Positions 37,755 to 50,000 of a stretch of DNA of 64,000 nucleotides are shown one piece after another. Both the position numbers and the translations under genes were made by a program. The notes below the pieces were generated by a model. It worked only from the letters and a program-made list of their open reading frames with translations. It had not been told where the DNA came from and ran no database searches. Origin of the DNA: Yuukianura sp. NJ FZ-2021. Its lineage: Eukaryota. The stretch lies in contig CM102287.1 in assembly GCA_046563655.1 (NCBI GenBank), forward strand, positions 6,572,001 to 6,636,000, written 5' to 3'. Every line of letters begins with the position of its first letter. Position 1 is the first letter of the stretch.

Positions 37755-38991
37755 TTAATCCTTGGAGTTCTTGCACTTCTGATACAAGTTTACCACACTT
37801 CGCATCACCGGGCTTGGCGTGACACTACAAAGACAAAAAAACGATTAGAACTTTGCAGAATTTAAATTGTTGCAAAATGTTGAGCTTGGAAGGGGTGCTT
37901 ACGCTTTGAGAAACGTCAGAACGCGTACACCCCAGCATGGAATCAAAAAGTTATCGTTGGTTAAAATGGCGTCGACCATTTCGTCCACGACAGGTTCAGG
38001 TTCCCTGATTGGCAGAAAAAACGTGGACGGAGGAATGCCTTTGCTTTCCGTCACCATTGGCGTTTTGCAGAAGTATGGACAGATGACAGTCGTCTCAACC
38101 TTTGCTTCAGGATAATTTGCCTAGAAAAATCATAATGTCCAAAAATTGTATAAGGAACTTCATTTAGGAATTTTGAAAATAAAATTGTATAAATTTCGTT
38201 TTGAAAATAAAAATTTGTGTTTTACCCTAAGCTCGGCAGTCAGTGCTTCATGGAATCCCACTGCTCCATGTTTGGTGGCACAGTAAGTCGTCAGTTTTGG
38301 CGCGCCTACGAGTCCTGCTGTTGAAGACATTGTGACAACATGTCCAGAACCGGTTGAGATCATTGCTGGAAGGAATGCTTTTGTGGTCTACGTAATTTAA
38401 ATTACAAAAAAGTTTTCAAAATCCGAAAAATGCTTTAACTAATTCATTTTTAAAAAAAAATTTCTTACCCAAAACATTGACAAGAGATTGATTTTCATCA
38501 TTCTCTCAATAGCTGCATCTTCACCATCCACTAGATTGTAGCCCTCTCCAATTCCAGCATTGTTAATCAAAATATCTACTTTGCCTACTTCCTTTTGTAC
38601 TTTGGCAGCGGTTGCGTAGATTTCATCCTTGGAAGACACGTCCACCACATAGGAATAGCACTTCCCGCCTCCATTTTTGATTATTTTGACAGTTTCAGCC
38701 AAACCTACAACCAAAATTTTGGATTTGGGGTGATTTTGGTTTAAAATTTTATGTTCTGGAAAACTTACCGGCCTTGTTAACATCCCAGACGACAGCAATG
38801 GCTCCATGGTCCAAAGCGAACTTTTTGGCCAGCAGTCTTCCGAATCCCGAAGCCCCTCCGGTGACAAGGACGACTTGATTTCTGACTCTTTTGTGCATGA
38901 ATCTCTTGGGAAACCATGGAGCAATTATGGAGTAGATGATGGCAAGAAAAATTAGGAAGGATCCTATGATGAAATCTATAATTGGGGACAT
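37755..38991 (-). CDS. Short-chain dehydrogenase/reductase (SDR16C / retinol dehydrogenase-like, ~302 aa). Exons 38991-38769, 38704-38469, 38387-38226, 38120-37903, 37824-37755
   Basis: N-terminal hydrophobic anchor, TGGASGFG, DILINNAG, SSTAG and catalytic YCATK. The spliced CDS is 909 nt in frame. Confidence 0.93.
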
Positions 38992-39597
38992 GATGAGATG
39001 TTGAATTGGCGTTTGTAACTGGAACACTAAAGAAAGTGGATGATGATCCTGTACTATCTAATGCATGTCTATTTTATACCAATGGATTCACTCGATTCCA
39101 TTCCACTTCAGATGACCTTCACTTTTTAGCTTTTAAGCTGTAAGCCATAGGTAATAGTGTGACTCTGAATAAGCATCCACTCCACCAACACTTAGTTGCT
39201 ACTTACTCTATTGTGTAATTGTGACCGGTTTGCTAACGTGAGACGCATTCGCACCCTGCCCCACCTTTTACTTTTATTTCCCATAACTGCATACTATACG
39301 GAACAAATCATAGAGCATGGAACAGAGTCCGGACATGTGGAATTAGGGATAAAGTCCAAACATAAGTCCAATTGTAACTTCAGTTAATCACGTTTGATTT
39401 TACAAGTATGCGAATGCCAAAGCTAACAACAAGTTTGTTAATCACGTTAGAAATTGGCGAAAAACACTTTAAAGTTGCAAAACATGTTATGCGGAAAGAG
39501 AAAATGTCTTGTGAAATGCCTGGAAATACGGTCATGCGATTTTCTGGGGGCATTGTGTTACCTTTCTTAAGTTTTTGTGAAAACAGATGGAAATCTT

Positions 39598-39668
39598 TTG
39601 AGAAAATTGGAATATGAGTGCGCTTTGGGGTATTGTATTTTAACCGCACATGAAATTAATAAAAGGCG
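39598..39668 (+). repeat. Interspersed repeat, also present at ~54620-54690
   Basis: GGAATATGAGTGCGCTTTGG(G/T)GTAT(T/C)GTATTTTAACCGC(A/T)CATGAAATTAATA(A/C)AAGGCG is nearly identical at both sites. Confidence 0.8.
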
Positions 39669-39679
39669 AGCACTTATTT

Positions 39680-39905
39680 TAATAGACTATTGAAAGTTTA
39701 ACAAGGACGAAATTTTAGAGTTTGAATAGACATTTGAAAACTTGGCAAGGACGAAATTTTGGAGTTTGAATAGACTTTTTTAAATTTCCTAGGGGTTTAA
39801 TATACTTTTGAAAATTTGACAAGAATGAAATTTTAGTTTGAAATGACTTTTGAAATTCAGGATGAAATTTTATAGAATTTCAATAGACTTTTGAAAATTA
39901 GACAA
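39680..39905. repeat. Degenerate minisatellite, ~40-44 bp unit, about 5-6 copies
   Basis: Recurring AATAGAC(T/A)TTTGAAAA...CAAGGACGAAATTTT(A/G)GAGTTTG units. Confidence 0.8.
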
Positions 39906-39968
39906 TTATTATTACGATTGAACAGATCTCGGGCGTAGCCCCAGCAAGCATGTGCAGTATGCTCGAGG

Positions 39969-40596
39969 GTGGTTGGCTTCGAAAGAACGCCGGAACTACG
40001 CGACCGACCTAACATGCCTTATACGGAGTGTGTCACCTTGGACATATGTCGCTCCTGTTTCTTTTTCATTGTGTCATTGCACAATAACAGACGTTGTCAT
40101 TGGTGGGTATCGTATCCCAAAGGACACAGTTTTCACGCCAAATCTCTATGCTGCAATGCACGATCCCGAAGTTTGGGGCGACCCGGACGTTTTCCGGCCG
40201 GAGAGATTCCTAAATCCGGACGGAACGGCCAACAAGTCACACGAATCATTCATTCCATTTTCATTTGGAAAACGAATTTGCCCCGGTAATCAAAAAAGAG
40301 AAAGTTTTTGTATTCAAAAATTTTCGTTTCCTAAATGTTTTGGGGCTTTCGAATTCTAGGCAAGAAATTAACAAAAGAAGAACTCTTTCTTTAATTAATA
40401 ATAACTACACGTATTTGCTTGTTACCAAAATTATGAAAAGTCGTATCTTGAAATTTACGAGTTTTCTGAAATTTTTAGTATTTTTAAAAATTTTCGTGTC
40501 ACGACAAATCCAGGACGTCCGCCGCCTAGTTTGACTCCCATTCCTACCATTGTCGTTAGCCCAAAGCCACATGAACTCATTTTCCACGAGAGGTAG
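39969..40596 (+). pseudogene. Cytochrome P450 (CYP2-clan-like) 3' fragment, pseudogene
   Basis: DRPNMPYTECVTLDICR (degenerate ExxR), a frameshift, then FRPERFL and the heme motif FSFGKRICPG. The next exon has an in-frame TAA (40392-94), and the last exon reads ...PKPHELIFHER*. No 5' half is visible. Confidence 0.85.
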
Positions 40597-41074
40597 ATCG
40601 ATTTTCGCCAATGAACACAACAACATATTAACATATTCTTATGTAGATTGTAAACAAAAAAACTCATAACTTTTATCACAAGCACATTTTCATGTAAAAT
40701 AAATTTTTATGAGTGAATGTGAGGTTCAGAGGTGATTGGTGAAGGATTCCACTAATGATTCGTTTTCATTCTCAAGATTGAAATTTTCAATTTTCAACGT
40801 GTTGTATAACACGATGGAAATTTTCAAAAATGAATTCCCAGCCAGTTATTTAAAAAATTAATCCAATCTCTTCAAAGCCAAAGCCAGCATTAGTTCAACG
40901 AATCTTTAAAAAACAAACGAAAACAAGGTTTGTCCATCTTAGTCCCTCCAAAGTACACGAACCATTTTAACTGGTCATTAAATTATAGACGTTTGCCTTT
41001 AGGAAGTTTGATTATTTAGAACCTTTATTAACGTTTAGGATAATTTGGAGTAGTTAATATTTGGAATTTTGAAC

Positions 41075-44000
41075 TTAATTGCGGTAACCAGACGTGTCAT
41101 TTTTGATCGCTTGGAGATCTGAATAGGGCGGAAGAAGCCCTCCATTCCCAGTTGCCAAACGTATTGCTCGAATTCGATTCGGAAGCATTCGGGAACTCGT
41201 TCGAGAGGAATCACGAACCGCAGAGGCAACGCCTGATGCCAAATCAAGGACTCCGACGGCCGGCTTCGTCACAGCACCAACAATTCCTTTTCCTAGTCCA
41301 GAAACAAGACCCTGGAACAAAAATATCACTTATTAGTCCAATTGCAAACTCAAAATTTTGTTCCAAATTCAAAATATACCGCAAATCCGTCATTCACGAC
41401 TCCATCATAGGTTTGAGAAAAAACAGACGTCAGTCCTCCAACGACACCAATGGTCAATCCTTTGACTCCTGCCGTTAGCGGTGCCGATGAGCCACTACCA
41501 TCCCAAACCGTACGTCGCAACTCTTCATGTTTGGCGTCCATCGTTAGAGTCCGTGTGAGTCCATCTCCAAGAGATCCAGTGACTTTTGCCGCCGAATTCG
41601 AAATTCCATGTGTAACGTTTCTTACTAGAGCATCCAACGATCCTTCACTGATTAATGACGATACTCCAACGGAGACATCGGTCACAAATCCCACCGGATT
41701 TCCTAAAAAGTCCACCGATCCCAATACAAACAGCGCTTGAGAAGTTAGCTCGCTCCGGTAGTGTTTCAGTACGGAGGCCACAAGAAAATCGAATGTTTCA
41801 AAAGGATGCTGCTTAACGCAATCTGTAAACTCAACCAGCGTATCTTCAAAACGAATCAGCGTAAGACCAAGTCGACTTTTGATTTGAGCCAGTTCAGGAG
41901 TAAGCCTGGATGCCGTAAGCAGACTGAGACGTACAGATTTCAAGTGAATTCTTAGTTGTCCAAAGTAGAAACGCTTCGAAGTGAGAGAAGTAGAGTTAGT
42001 AAGAGCTTTTTGAACGTCAACTGGGACATCGACGTCGTCATTAGTTTCATTAGGTGTTCCAAATCCAAGCCACTGACACATCTTGAGTAGCAATTTCTCT
42101 TCAGCAATGATATTCAACGGTTTCAGGCGAAGTTCCCATTGTTTATAAAGATATGCATTCAATTTTGTTTTAAGTCGTTTCCACTTCAATGACACAGCAG
42201 GAGCTTCATCTTCAGGTTCCGTTGACTTCTTCATGTAAATTACCACAGTCATCTCCGCGTCCTGAAGCTGATTATCAATTTGAATGTTGTCGACGGAAAT
42301 GTTGACGGTTTCTGCCTCTCTGGTATCTACCATCTGAATGGCGAGGCTTGATAAAAAGACATAGACGAGCTCTTCTCTTGGATTACAGTTGATGACACTC
42401 AATCCCAAGCCTCGCTGCAAATCTAAATTAAGTACCATCTTTGGTATGACATTGATTGAGTTCTCTTGATAAGTGTGGTTCAGAAAACTGAACGGTGGCT
42501 TCTCCGTGTCAATGATTCGGAGCACACGCGTAGGTCCGTCAGTGTCAACATAAACAGAAATTCTACCAGATCCAGGTCGCAACTTTTGCTTTACAATTGT
42601 CTGTTCAACTGGAATTCCACACTTTGTTCGAGTGAAGCACACAGGTTGGTCTGGGCCTAATACTGCTTCACTCCCTACAACAAATACACAACCTCAAGAA
42701 CGACTGGGCAGGTAAGGTTTAGAACTTATAATCAACTTGTCCAAATATATTCTTACACATTTGCCAAGTTGCAACAGAAACATCTTCTTCAGGGGTGCAT
42801 TTACTTCTATCCAGAAGGCCAAACCCATCCATAGCCTGGACATAAACATTGAGCAAGTTTTTGCACTTGAGACGGCCGTCGACCGTGAATTCCCAATGTT
42901 GTGTTAAACTTCGTCTTTTGTCTGGTTTTCTAAGCATCAGAGGAACGCATTGCGTAGGTTGTGTTGCTTGTCCTGCAATGTCTAGAACCAGTGAGGACAA
43001 TGGAATCCGTTTTCTAGGATCACGAGGTGGACTTGACCCTTCATGCTCAATCATTCCGTCAGCATTTACTCGCCAAAGCTGGTTCCTGATTTATATATAA
43101 ATGTTAAATAATAATATGTCCAGTAACGAGATTTTTTGTTAGTTGAGAAGTACCTGTTTCCAGCTTCCTTCTTCCTTAGCACAACCTTGCTGCCTTCTGG
43201 AACATCCAGGACCAACTGAAGCGTTTCCATACCAGAACCTCCTAATCCTCCACATTCGCTTCCTGGAAAGGTGGCTCTGAGTGCAATGTAGAAAAAGTTT
43301 TCATACGTCATGTGAGCGACCAGACCAAGCGACGAATTATCCATTTTGACAATGACGGAAGTTCCTCCAGGGGCTGCCAATGTCAGGTTTGAAGGAAGAG
43401 TTGGTTCATCCCAAGCATACGGCACTGACGACTCTCCCTTCACTGTCAACTTCAACCGCTCCTCACCAACATTGGTCTAAAATATAGCCAGTTTTTATTA
43501 GATTTACGAAAGTACGATCAAATTAACTCTTGAAATAAAATGTACCTGGTGAACTATGATCGGAACCAGTGAGAAATTATCAATTCGAAATGGTGGAGGT
43601 AGATCTGTTGTATCACTGAACACCACAAAATACGTGGGACCTTCCACGACAGTCTCCACTCGTATAAAGTAGTATCCACCCTCAAAATCTCTAAGAATCC
43701 ACATATAATTTAACTGTTTGCATTGTCAAATATTACAAGCTGATTGAGTTGCTGTTGCTAAAGTTGTTACCTGACGTTGAGATGAAAAGATGACACATTT
43801 TCAATAGGGAATCCACCGGACCAAGTTCCACCAGGGAAGTCTAGAAGTCGGACACACAGCAGTTCATCTTTGTCCAGCCTTGGCCAATGGAATGGAAGTG
43901 TACAAGCTGGGGGTAGTGTCAGATACGTCCCTTCGGCTGCTGGATCATGAAAACTCGTTGCAAAATTCCTTTGAGAGATTTGCATTCTCCAAGACGATCG

Positions 44001-47000
44001 ATTTTCAATAATGAAGCGAGGCGCAATTGTAACAATTTTGGAATCTCTGTATCTTCCTTTTCCATCAGTCACTTCAATACCAGTCAAGTAAACTACTTCG
44101 GGTTGAGAATTAGGCAATCCCACGATCAGTTTCCGTACACGCGTTCCATTCTGCAGTGGATAAGGGCGACACCAATGTGGTTTGGCTGGAGCAGGATGCA
44201 GTCCAGTGCCAACTCTCATAGTCACGTTTGTACCCCCTTCTGGATCAGCAAAACTAAACAGGAGAGGTACTATCATTCGTGCGTGCTAAATATGAAAATA
44301 AAAGTTTAAATATTAAATTAAAACAATACAAATCATTGAAAAATATACACAAAATTACCTCGTTTTCCTGAAATTGTCCTGCTGCCTCAGCTGTTACCCC
44401 CTCTTGCTTAATCATCAAAGGCAGTCCACTTTTGTTGACCATCCAATATTGACAGGAGACTCGAATAATAATTGTTCCGCCTTCTTCACGACTCACTTTT
44501 GCAATCAAATACAGTGCTCGCTTTTGCGTATCCAGCAGTTTTAGCCTCGTCAGAAAAGATGATGAATTTGCATTCACTACTACAGAGGTCCCAGTTGGGA
44601 AATTTTCCGTGCTGAAGGTAACTTCCAGTGGCTCTGTTGTGTCCAACTACGAAGAAAATATAGACATAAAAATATAAACAGAAAACGAAAATTTTGGTTT
44701 AAAGGAGATCATACCTGTGTTACAGGGAATTCCTTTCCAGCAGCAATATGCCCGCTCAAAGATTGTTTTCCGTTTTCTTTGATTTCAAAAGCCACCTCGA
44801 ATGGTAATAGATTGACAAGCATCAGGGGGCTGAGTATGCTAATTAAGTTTGCTCGTTTCGCTAGACCAATTGCGACGTTGTTGCACATCAGCGACCTGTT
44901 GTAATTCGTAGGTTCGTTGATATTTGTCGGGAATTCATCTCTTTTTACTGCTACACAGAATCGGTATGGTTGAATCTGTGAATTAATTTGTGACGTGCAA
45001 GTCCGAAGGCCTTCAGAATCTTTCCCAAGTGGTAGAGGTTTGGAGCAATATGAATAAATAGTTTCACGTTGCTCAGTGCCAACGATTGGACGAATCCAAA
45101 TCTGAGAGCAGACGGAATGTAGAGGAATGGGACATGTTTGAAGAGGTGGAACGTAGATGCAGTAAGAACTGCCTCCAGTTTGAATCATCTCGACTAATAA
45201 AGAAAAGAAACAAACGTATCATGTGAACAACAGCATTCTAAATTAAAAAAATGTGCAAATCTCTTCATTCAAAAACTTACATGCTGGATAGATTATAGTA
45301 TTTTCCAATTTCAGTTCCATCGTATGTAATAATGTATTCTTCACCATCAGCGCTGACCGAATTCGTACTAACTTCTGAGCAGATCCTTGGAGTGATACGT
45401 CAAAAACGAGTCGTGTCGTAGGCAGGTTGGCCATTTCCTAGTCAAATATTTGCAACAGTTATGATTAAGTTATTCCGCCACTAAAACAGAAATTTTGAAC
45501 TTACCGTTCCATAGTGGGAGGGAATGTTCGATATCGGTATGATTTCCCTGAAATAAGTGCCCACACGATCGACTGACACAGGATAACAATCCAACCATCC
45601 GTTCACACGTACAATTAACTGGTGCATCTTCAGTTGATGTGTATTTCGGTGCCTCAATTTCCCCCTTCCCTCAAAAATGAATGTTTGTGTTGCTCCATTG
45701 TCAACTTGAATCCAACTTGTTCCATCAGCATGTGCTGTGCCTTCCCTCGGCTGCTTCAAAATGTCTTCCTGACAGGAAATGACTGTACAAAACCAGAGTA
45801 CAGATCCTGTTTCATTCTTGAGAATGAATGGCACAAATGGAGACCTTCGCTTGACTTGGTGTCCATACTCGGAAGACCACTTTGAGGAAACAGTTTTGTA
45901 CAAACTGAGAAGCGTTGATGTGACGTTAATATTCATCACTTGATGAGACGATAAAGAAATTTCCAGCTCAGGAGCCTTTGTTGGAAATTCGCTTGATGGG
46001 GTCTGTCTTCCTAGTTGCCCGCGCTCATTTCTCTGGACATTTACAAAACATTTCCATGCTTCCAGGAGTGGTTCCCAGCCGCCAAGGTCACGATTGTAAT
46101 AATCAGCTGTGATGGTTGCTTCTGCTTTGGCCGAACGCTTGGTACAGTCTTGATGTACTTCCAATCCAGATAGGTTTAGCTCAGTCAGTGGCACATCAAC
46201 GTCCTTACAGTCGTCTATTATACAAATAGAAACATTTGTGCACTTGACTTCAATCCCACAAATAGCACTACTCTCGGCCTCTTCATTTTTCAAATTTTCA
46301 GTCTGTTGCTTCTTTTCGTTGTAGTTCTCCGTATCAGTTGTCTGCTCTATTCTCTCCTCAAATTCACGAACTTCTTCCATAAAGTCATTCGTTGGGGAAA
46401 TAAGTAGAAATGCTGCGTCTTCCACTCTTCCATGACAATGTGACAAGGCCACAACGCAAGACGCATGCGGGAAACCCATTGATAGCAAATGTTGAACGGA
46501 ATCCTCATTGGCATGATACCTTCGACTGCCAAACTGGAACGCAAATGTGCAAAAATGTAATATGGAAATGTACTCAACACATATTTCAAGGAATATAGCT
46601 TGTATTTTCGATGTTATTTTTTTCGTATTACCCGCCTATGCGTGGTATTCCCAAAATCTGCATTGACAGTTGTTGCAACTGCTAGTTGAGACGGTCGTTT
46701 CTTGAGCTGGACTTGAGCATCTTTAGAAAACCGTTCCAGGAGTTGGAGGAACATTTTCATATCATAGTAAGACAGACGAAGTGAAATTTGTGAACTTTGG
46801 ATTCTAACTATGCTTTCCGTAGACGATGGAGGCAGAGTGGCATCCATAATTCCTGGCGGCACGTCTTTCGTTTTCCTTACAACTTCAATACAGACGTTCG
46901 TTGGATCAAGAATTGAAAGGGCCGTTCCCGTTTCAATGCCGAGAACGCATGAAAAAAGTTCTGATTCCATAATGTTGCAAGAGATTGGGCGTTCCAAATA

Positions 47001-50000
47001 TGGTCTCCATGTCAAGGTGGCTGTCATCTACAAATGGATTTTGCATATATTATAGAGCACAGAAGTATAATGTTAACTTCCTTGCTTAACGACATGCCTA
47101 GTTCAGTTACAAAATTCCAGATTTCTTAATAAATCTTTACTAATTAATTACCTTTAGAATGACTGCGTTTGTATCCCACGCGGATGTATCTTCCACAACG
47201 ACGAGTTCACAGTCGCAGATATTCAATTTGAAGTCAAAGGTTTTCTGTGGCACGTTAAGGACAGCGGCTCGTTTAGTCACAATACCAGCCGAAATTGTTA
47301 CTGGTTGCATAACCTCTTGCGGTTGGTAATGTCGCGGAGAAATGCTGCCATATCGTTTGTCATTCCCAAACTGCGTGTCGTTCCAGGAAGGTACTTCGTC
47401 GGCAACTGCTACTTGGAGCGGTGATGGTTCTGGAATATTTTGACTGAGAAATGCTTGTACCTCAATCCACCAATCTAGAATGAGCATTAGACGCATGCTG
47501 TTTAGCAGAATTGTGACATTTGATCCTCGTTTTGTTTCTCGAAGGTGAACTTCGGCTCGGAGTTTTAACTTGCTTTGATGATGAGAAGAAGATTGATCGT
47601 CCGGTTGATGTTGTGCTCCACCCTAGAATTGTAGGATTCGTTTTATACATTTCATAACTTTATCGACATACCCAATACCAAACCATAATCTTACCTTTCG
47701 CTTCGCTTCCAAAATTGAACTCTGTTGCAAAATATTTTTAAAAACATTACGTCTGTTGGATTCTCCTTCTCCGGTAGTAGTAGTTGCTTCCGGGAATACT
47801 CGGATATCCGATATCATAATTTCTTGAGAAGCCAAGTCAATATCTCGCGTTCCGTCGGAATAGTTTTGGAATGTAAACTTGGATCTCGTAAAATCCACTT
47901 TACAGAGCTTGTGATTCCCTGCTTTCAGAACTTCTACTGTTACGTTTAGCAAGTCCAACTCAATTAGCAACTCTACTCGAGCTACGGAGTTGGCAGCTTG
48001 AATCGAATGTCTTGTGATCATGGACGATGACAGTTTACTGGAATGCAGCCGATGGTGGTGGTAATATGATGCAGGCTGCATTGCTCTAGGAGGAAATTGC
48101 TCTCCAATATTGTACTGCAAAAGTCCACAAATCAACTAAAAAAATACAAATAAAAAAAATCACTTTGCCTCCGCATCATTCCATTGTCAATACTTTCCCA
48201 TAGTTCCAGGTCATAAGAGCTAAACCAAAAAGAGCTACTGCATATATTACTGTACTCACCTTGTATTTCTCCAGATTAACAGTGGCATGTACCGCAGATA
48301 GCGTTCCTTGGATACTCATTGACGCTTGCGTTGGATTCGTTTGGGAACGTCTGTTTAGTAACCGCTTAATTTTGAGGTTCAATGCACATTTGTTCCTTAG
48401 TAGTGATGACCAAGGCGTTGTTTTCGAGATTGTATGTCGCCCATCAAAAACCCATGACTTCCGGTCTCCGTCTTCTGGAACTTGCATCTCTTTGTACTTA
48501 TCTGCATCTCGTAATTCAGCAGAGTAAAGGTCCATTTCGACTAGCTCAACGGAAATATAGTCAAATACTTTCGAGGCATCACGATCTTTCAGAAACTTGT
48601 TCCTTACTGACAGGTGACCCAGGTCAGCTACCAATAAGGATGAAGTTGTTGAACTGTACGGAAGAAATATAACTGGGGCACCAGCCTGGATATTCAGAAC
48701 TACACGGGCAATATCTTCATCTGGCCCATGACAAGATCCGGTGTCAGTTTCACTTCCTCCGAATCCGGTGCTTCCGAACAGTAATGTTATGAGGGCATGA
48801 AATTCAGTGTAAAAGCGATGCGTGTGAATATAAAGTACGGAGGCCATTTCCAATCGAAACTTGGCTTCATTTTCTGTTCGGCAAAAAAAAAACACCAATT
48901 AACCGATAATCATTCACGATACGATATGGTAAACTGCTTCGATTTAAAAATACCTCGTCTGCAATAATCAAAATTGAGCGCTTGTCTTCCTTGAAAACTA
49001 AATTTGATAGGATACTTCCCAGCATATGGAGTTTTGTCTTTAATCGTCAACGATCCCATATGTCCATCTATTCCATGAAAATAGTTCCCTTGATTCACAA
49101 TGCGACACATCACGTCCGTTACTTCAGCCTCCGCCAGCGTTCCACCAAAGTCCGCAAGTTTTACTCGTAGCGCCTTCACATTTATTTCAACTTCAGAATT
49201 CGTCTCCAAGTCTTCTTTACGATCCGGAAGAGGAGAACTGATGCTGTGTCGTTTTGACATGCCTTCGCCATGACCTCCGTCTCGTCTCAACGGCGAGTGT
49301 CTTTCACTTTCGCTTTCAAAATCAGCATGAGAAAAGGCTTCACTGAAAAACTTTCTCAGGCAAATGAACGTGTCCGGAGTGAGAACTAAATCCAAGGTGT
49401 TGAACTCCACATTAGTTGTTTTATGTACCCCTTTGTATTTTGTCAGAAAGAGTGGCGATTTCCTGTCGACCAGAGTGATTTGAATTGTAACCAAATTGTC
49501 CGCAAGGTCCACCGGTCTTGGGGATGGTGGCGGGGTGGCAGGACATGAATCGGACGGAGTAGAAGGACTGCGATACTCTCTGACTGACTGTCGCCTTCTA
49601 CTCTGGGGCCTGACTCGACTCCTTGATAGACGTAATTTAGAACTTGCGCGAAGATTTTTTGAATTTCCATGCTGATGAAACCTTTCACTGAAAATGTCAT
49701 TTGGATCTAAATGGTCTGGCAAGGAAGACGTCTCCGTACGTGCACATGAAGATTGAAATGCCAAAGAAAATCCAGGAATGTTTATGGGGCTCGAACTGAT
49801 CAAATCTGGACATGATTCGGATATGTTCGGATTTCTGTGGAAGACGGAGCTCAACAACGAACTTGAAGTCAGGAACGATGTGTTTTGAGCTTCAGAAGAT
49901 TGTGACATGGCCAGGAGGCGATACTGGGATTCCTTCGGAACGCTAGTATCTTCAAGTATTAAAGATTTAAGAGACACCTTCATTTCGGTTACGAGTCCAG

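Noticed and set aside
39680..39905. Repeat array as a possible CRISPR
   Set aside because: The units are degenerate and contiguous with no unique spacers, there are no cas genes, and the context is eukaryotic.
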